A stretch of 64,000 nucleotides of DNA from positions 98,437 through 162,436 of the forward strand of contig WFXC01000002.1 of assembly GCA_015490805.1 (NCBI GenBank), in the 5' to 3' direction. The translations under genes were made by a program, and so were the position numbers. The notes beneath the pieces were generated by a model. That model was not told where the DNA came from and did no database searches. It saw nothing but the letters and a program-made list of their open reading frames with translations. Shown in pieces: positions 59,334 to 64,000 of this stretch. Position 1 is the stretch's first letter; each line of letters opens with the position of its first letter. Source of the DNA: Candidatus Kapaibacterium sp. GTDB lineage: Bacteria; Bacteroidota; Ignavibacteria; Kapaibacteriales; WFXC01.

Positions 59334-60254
59334 ATGGCAGCGCCTGGCTCAGCATCCCGAACGGTCATTATCGCTGGTGGCAGGGGAGCTATCGGACGGG
59401 CATTGAGTCGTTGGCTCTGCGACCGCGGCTATACGGTCGTTGTCCTGACCCGACGCCCGGTGCACAGCAACCGTTCCCAGATACGCTATGAGCAATGGGA
59501 TGGCCAGACACCCGGGCAGTGGATATCCCTGCTGCCAGCCGCCTGCGCCCTGGTCAATTTAACAGGAAAATCGCTGTTTACACTCTGGACGAAGCGTACA
59601 AAACAGCAAATCTGGGACAGCCGGGTTCGCACAACGCAATTGTTAGCCACCGCTGTTCGGCAATATGCACCCAGCCCCTTTGCCTTCATTTCCGCTTCCG
59701 CAATTGGTTACTACGGCAATCTGGGTGAGCGCAAATGCGATGAACAGTGTCCCCCCGGCGACGATTTCCTTGCCCGCCTCTGCATCGCCTGGGAAGATGC
59801 GGCGATGCAGGCAGCCGAACGGAAGGACATTCGGGTGGTAATCCCTCGAATCGGGATTGTGCTCCAGCCTGATGCTGGATTTCTCCATCTGCTGCGCCGT
59901 AGCTACCGGTATGGTCTGTGCGCCTATCCCGGCGATGGTCGCCAGTGGATAAGCTGGATCCACATCCAGGATCTCATCCGCTCCATCGACGCAGCGATTA
60001 CGCAGCCGTGGAATGGTGTCTACAATGCCGTTGCACCACAGCCCATCCGACTCCACCAGCTCATTGCGACACTGGCTCAACACCTCCACCGCTGTCCCGG
60101 CATCCCCATTCCTCCAGCTCTGCTCCGCCTTCTGGGCGAAACGGCAACGCTGGCACTGAGCAGCCAGCAGATCCATCCAACCCGGCTTCAGCAATGGGAA
60201 TTTTCCTTCCAGTTCCCCGACCTTGCCACCGCCCTGCAATCCCTTCTGTCCTGA
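59334..60254 (+). CDS. TIGR01777/YfcH-like NAD-dependent epimerase family protein (SDR fold + DUF1731).
   Basis: Rossmann motif IIAGGRGAIGRAL. C-terminal DUF1731-like region. Confidence 0.75.
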   Translation: MAAPGSASRTVIIAGGRGAIGRALSRWLCDRGYTVVVLTRRPVHSNRSQIRYEQWDGQTPGQWISLLPAACALVNLTGKSLFTLWTKRTKQQIWDSRVRTTQLLATAVRQYAPSPFAFISASAIGYYGNLGERKCDEQCPPGDDFLARLCIAWEDAAMQAAERKDIRVVIPRIGIVLQPDAGFLHLLRRSYRYGLCAYPGDGRQWISWIHIQDLIRSIDAAITQPWNGVYNAVAPQPIRLHQLIATLAQHLHRCPGIPIPPALLRLLGETATLALSSQQIHPTRLQQWEFSFQFPDLATALQSLLS

Positions 60255-60361
60255 AGGATCCGCTTTCTCGATTTTGCCAACATAGCCCGGTAAAGGCACA
60301 CGGCATCCCCTTGATCCTTGCGTAAAAAGGATCTACCGAGCCTTGCGCCTGATCTCCCGCT

Positions 60362-60655
60362 TTGCGCTGGTTGTTTCCCCCACTTTGTGTAAACTTGCAT
60401 TTTGGTTGGACGGATGCAAAAAGAACGATGCAGTGGTGGGAATCCCCGGTTCAGCTCAATAAGCGGCAATCTGCTATCTTCGTCGGTGCTTACGTGTTTT
60501 TTACCCTTCTCCTCCGCTGGTACTACATCGAACCGCTCCTGAAAGGCAATTTCTGGCTCTCGGTTGCCATCGGTGCCGCTTTCCTGGCGGTCATCTGGGT
60601 ACTGATCAAAGTAAAATTTCTGAATTTTCGGGAACAAAGTGAAGAGGAGCAATGA
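60362..60655 (+). CDS. Small hypothetical membrane protein.
   Basis: Two predicted TM helices. Stop overlaps the next ATG (ATGA). Real start may be ATG 60428. Confidence 0.3.
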   Translation: MRWLFPPLCVNLHFGWTDAKRTMQWWESPVQLNKRQSAIFVGAYVFFTLLLRWYYIEPLLKGNFWLSVAIGAAFLAVIWVLIKVKFLNFREQSEEEQ

Positions 60656-61197
60656 GAATTACGGCAGACAAAACGCTGGCGGTTATTGTGGACGTCCAGG
60701 AACGACTTTTTCCTCACATTGCAGAACACGAAAAGCTGGAGCGCACTATCCCGATTCTGATCGAGGGACTCAAAGCGCTGGACGTGCCGCTCATCGTCAC
60801 CGAACAGTATCCAAAAGGGCTGGGCACGACAATCGAATCAGTCCGTAAAGCACTGGGTGAATGGTACAAACCGCTGGAGAAAATTTCTTTTAGCTGCTGC
60901 GGAGACGATCAGTTCAATTTGCAAGTAGCTCGCTATGCACCGCAGTATGTTTTGCTGGCAGGAATTGAAACCCACGTGTGCGTGCTGCAAACAGCAATTG
61001 ACCTGCTCAACGAAGGTTACACGCCTGTTTTAGTTGCAAACTGCGTTTCGTCGCGGTTTCTGGAGGACAAAGAATTTGCTCTTCGGCGGATGGAACAGGC
61101 CGGCGTCGTCCTCACAACGTACGAATCGATCCTCTTCGAGCTGGCGCAGGTCGCCGGTACGGACACTTTCAAACGCATTTCGAAGCTGGTCAAGTAA
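60652..61197 (+). CDS. Isochorismatase-family cysteine hydrolase (YcaC-like).
   Basis: LAVIVDVQE...LLAGIETHVCVLQTAIDL, with the catalytic Cys in the HVCV context. Confidence 0.8.
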   Translation: MRITADKTLAVIVDVQERLFPHIAEHEKLERTIPILIEGLKALDVPLIVTEQYPKGLGTTIESVRKALGEWYKPLEKISFSCCGDDQFNLQVARYAPQYVLLAGIETHVCVLQTAIDLLNEGYTPVLVANCVSSRFLEDKEFALRRMEQAGVVLTTYESILFELAQVAGTDTFKRISKLVK

Positions 61198-61199
61198 AG

Positions 61200-62855
61200 C
61201 TACACAGCGCAGCAACTGAGCTGCCGAACATCCTGCTCAAAACTCAACGCTGCCAGCTTCATACCTTCGGCAAAGGTAAGATACGGACACCAGTTCTGCG
61301 CGAGCTCTGTGACCGGGATACGATACCGCATCGCCCACTGCAACGGAACGATCAGCTCACCTGCTGCTGGAGCAACGATCCGAGCGCCAAGCAATAGATC
61401 GGTTGCTGGATCTCGAACGAGGCGGATAAAGCCATCCGTTTGCTGACTCACAATCGCCCGTGGCACTTCTGCCAGCGGCAACTCTGTTACCTCATAATCC
61501 CGCCCCTGCTGTTCCAGCTGGACGGTATCTTTGCCGACGCCTGCTACCTGCGGATCGGTAAAAATCACCCAGGGCAGGGTTGTATAATCCAGTGGCTGCG
61601 GCTGTCCGGTGAAATTCTGCACTGCCTGCCGTCCCTCGGCTGCCGCGGTATAGACAAACGCCGGAAACTGATTGCAATCACCAGCCGCATAGATATGCGG
61701 AACGCTGCTCTGCAGGTATTCATTCACCACAACTTTTCCCTGCGCATCAGTCTCCACACCAATTTGCTCCAATCCCAGCCGCTGCGTCCGCCCCCGTCGC
61801 CCCGTCGCAATCAAAAGATGGGTCGCTGCAATGGAGATCTGCTCGCCACCACGATCCACCGTTACTGCAATAGTGCCGTTGCCCTGAGCGGATACGCTTT
61901 CTACTCGCGCGGCTGTGTAAATCTGCACCCCTTCGGCTTCCAGTTGCTGCTGAATAATGCGCCCAATATCCGGCGACTCTGGCGGCAACAACGACGGTTG
62001 CATTTCGATCAACACCACCTGCGATCCAAAGCGTGCAAACGCTTGAGCAAGCTCAACGCCCACCGCACCGCCACCGATGATTGCCAGAACCGAGGGAAGT
62101 TCGGTCACATCGAACAGGGTCTCATTGGTAAGATATGGGACTGCTTCTATGCCGGGAATTGGCGGCACTGCCGGTTCTGAACCCGTGGCGATGAGGAAGG
62201 CATCAGCCGTATAAAGCGTTTCACCTACCCGAATGGTATGCGGATCAACGAAGGTTGCCCATCCCTCAACCCACGTCACAGTTGCCAGCGTTTCCAGAAT
62301 ATCCGCGTATTTCGCCTTCCGAAGCTGCTGCACTGTTTGCTGCAACTGCTGCTGCAACGCAGCATAATCCAGATCGGGAGGATCAGCGGTAATACCAGCA
62401 TACCGCTGCTTCCGGCAGGCTGCCATCTGATGCGCCGCCTCCACGAGAAATTTGGAAGGAATACAACCGACGTTCACACAGGTTCCGCCCATTGGTAACC
62501 CGGCATTTACCACCAGCGTTTGCAATCCCTGCCGATGGGCTTCAATAGCCGCAGCAAAGGCGGCGGAACCTCCGCCGATGATGATCAAATCGAAATGTCG
62601 TTCTTTCCCGTTCGAGTTACCAGTAGCTCGCCCTTCTTCAGCCACTGCCCGATACTGCTTTGTACTGTTGATCTGGTCAATAATTGCCTGAATAGAAAGC
62701 TGCGCCGGATCATAGCGCACAACTGCCGTTCCTTCAGGATAAGCGACTTCGACTGCTGCCACGCCCGGTAGTTGGTGCACGATACGCTCCACTGTACGGG
62801 CACATCCCGGACAGGTCATCCCCGAAATGCGCAGATGAACTTCCCGAACGTTCAT
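61200..62855 (-). CDS. merA: Mercuric reductase MerA with an N-terminal HMA (NmerA) domain.
   Basis: GMTCPGCA HMA motif. Redox-active GGTCVNVGCIPSK. C-terminal Cys pair ...LSCCAV. Confidence 0.85.
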   Translation of the reverse strand: MNVREVHLRISGMTCPGCARTVERIVHQLPGVAAVEVAYPEGTAVVRYDPAQLSIQAIIDQINSTKQYRAVAEEGRATGNSNGKERHFDLIIIGGGSAAFAAAIEAHRQGLQTLVVNAGLPMGGTCVNVGCIPSKFLVEAAHQMAACRKQRYAGITADPPDLDYAALQQQLQQTVQQLRKAKYADILETLATVTWVEGWATFVDPHTIRVGETLYTADAFLIATGSEPAVPPIPGIEAVPYLTNETLFDVTELPSVLAIIGGGAVGVELAQAFARFGSQVVLIEMQPSLLPPESPDIGRIIQQQLEAEGVQIYTAARVESVSAQGNGTIAVTVDRGGEQISIAATHLLIATGRRGRTQRLGLEQIGVETDAQGKVVVNEYLQSSVPHIYAAGDCNQFPAFVYTAAAEGRQAVQNFTGQPQPLDYTTLPWVIFTDPQVAGVGKDTVQLEQQGRDYEVTELPLAEVPRAIVSQQTDGFIRLVRDPATDLLLGARIVAPAAGELIVPLQWAMRYRIPVTELAQNWCPYLTFAEGMKLAALSFEQDVRQLSCCAV

Positions 62856-63454
62856 TGCTGCTGCCCTCCTGTCAGCAATTGATACGCGACCGGATGATAC
62901 CCCGTCTGCTCAATCGCTGCCTCGATCTGCTCCACTGTTACCTGCTGTGGTGCGAATGCCACTTTGACCGTCCCTGCATCTGCATCGGCTTTCACCATCG
63001 CAATACCCGGCATTTTGCTAAGCTCATATTCGATGTGCTCTTCACATCCAGCACAGGTCATTCCTTCCACCTGCACCATCACTTCCTGCACTGTGCCGGC
63101 AACCTGCGCCGGCGCTGCCTTCGGATAGAGATACTCCACGTAGGAAGGAAAGAGCAGCATAGCAGTGGCAAACACCGTGATGGCGATGAGAAATCCCCGC
63201 GATCGGAACCAGGATGGTTTTTGATCCTCTTCGCACTCACAGGCAATCCGCTGACTTCGCAAATGCTGATACCACGCCAGTCCTAAGGCTCCGATCGTTA
63301 CAACCGCTAAGTATGGACGCAATGGTTCAAGCCAGCTGACAGAGCTGGCAACACCGCTGACGCCGGCAACAAACGCTAAAAAAGGAGTAATACAGCAAAG
63401 GGAAGCGGCAAATGCGGCAAATACGCTGGTGAAGAGAACCTTTGCCTGTTTCAT
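62852..63454 (-). CDS. merT: Mercuric ion transporter MerT fused to a MerP-like HMA domain (MerTP).
   Basis: First TM helix with Cys pair SLCCITP. Second Cys pair CEC. C-terminal GMTCAGCEEH heavy-metal-associated domain. ATGA coupling to merA. Confidence 0.7.
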   Translation of the reverse strand: MKQAKVLFTSVFAAFAASLCCITPFLAFVAGVSGVASSVSWLEPLRPYLAVVTIGALGLAWYQHLRSQRIACECEEDQKPSWFRSRGFLIAITVFATAMLLFPSYVEYLYPKAAPAQVAGTVQEVMVQVEGMTCAGCEEHIEYELSKMPGIAMVKADADAGTVKVAFAPQQVTVEQIEAAIEQTGYHPVAYQLLTGGQQQ

Positions 63455-63771
63455 TGCTGGACCCTTTCTTTGACTAACATTGATGAATCAAACAGCGACT
63501 CAAGCCACATTCGTGCCGTCGGAGTCAATGTGTAAAAGATGGTTTGCCCCTCCCGGCGTGTCTGGACGATACCGGCATCCCGCAGCTTCCGCAAATGCTG
63601 GGAAACGGCTGACACGCTGAGCCGGAGAATATCTGCCAGATCACACGGGCACAGCTCTCCTTCACGGAGCAACACCATTACCGTCTGCAATCGCGGCGCT
63701 GCCCCCAGCAGTGCAAAATTTCGCGCTAGGAGTTCCAGCTCCTCCTTCGCTCCGCAAGAAATTGCCGACAT
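63451..63771 (-). CDS. ArsR/SmtB-family metalloregulatory repressor, likely the mer operon regulator.
   Basis: HTH with metal-sensing motif ELCPCDLADILRLSVSAVSQHLRKL. First gene of the arsR-merTP-merA string, coupled by ATGA overlaps. Confidence 0.8.
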   Translation of the reverse strand: MSAISCGAKEELELLARNFALLGAAPRLQTVMVLLREGELCPCDLADILRLSVSAVSQHLRKLRDAGIVQTRREGQTIFYTLTPTARMWLESLFDSSMLVKERVQQ

Positions 63772-63882
63772 CGCAGAATCTGCGCCTCATCTGCCTGCGA
63801 TCGGATACAAACGGGTTTTGTCATTACTGTCTTCCTTCATTGAAGCTCATCCTTTCGCTGTGAGGAACGTTCAATCAGTTTT

Positions 63883-63908
63883 AATATTTTAGCAAATGCT
63901 AAAATATT
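63883..63908. promoter_or_regulatory. Perfect 12-2-12 inverted repeat: candidate ArsR/SmtB operator for the mer operon.
   Basis: AATATTTTAGCA-AA-TGCTAAAATATT, 112 nt upstream of the arsR start, in an AT-rich promoter-like region. Confidence 0.5.
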
Positions 63909-64000
63909 GTACATAGGCAATAACTTTATACTTTCAAAAGGCTCTCCAGATTGGCTTGAGACTCTTACGAAGGCACCTCAGCGAATTTTTCAAACGTCAG

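Overview
The window is a 64 kb, gene-dense chromosomal stretch of roughly 55-60% GC, most likely from an FCB-group bacterium (Bacteroidota, Ignavibacteriota or Rhodothermota-like). The phylum guess rests on three secreted proteins that end in type-A T9SS C-terminal sorting domains, a Gram-positive/Bacteroidota-type RNase Y, and a Bacteroidota-style -7 promoter motif (TAnnTTTG) upstream of glgA. I call about 56 protein genes, one tRNA-Leu(UAA) and one candidate structured RNA. I see no CRISPR array, IS element, integrase or phage genes, and nothing that looks like a canonical defence island.

Identifiable content:
- Housekeeping: enolase, phosphohexomutase, glycogen synthase, thioredoxin, pterin-4a-carbinolamine dehydratase, pyrE, xthA, recQ, rny, zapA, pdxA, cysQ, hutU, rmlA, aldehyde dehydrogenase, acyl-CoA dehydrogenase and an AMP-forming acyl-CoA synthetase.
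- Envelope: TamB, two OmpA-type or paralogous large outer-membrane proteins, and a FadL/PorV-like beta-barrel.
- Proteolysis: an M16 pair plus M1, M24B and M42 peptidases.
- Metal handling: ZupT, a Fur-family regulator, a CDF exporter, and an ArsR-regulated merTP-merA mercury operon at the right edge.

The most unusual items:
- About 280 nt between zapA and rny on the minus strand have long-range end-to-end pairing and an alternative terminator/antiterminator arrangement. This is a candidate 6S-like RNA or an rny leader attenuator.
- A translationally coupled pair links a T9SS cargo protein with DUF1573/ASH-like repeats to a large outer-membrane protein that has an OmpA-bearing paralog elsewhere in the window.
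- The mer operon uses an ArsR/SmtB repressor, a MerT-MerP fusion, and a perfect 12-2-12 palindromic operator.

All calls come from reading the translations and DNA by eye. No database searches were run.
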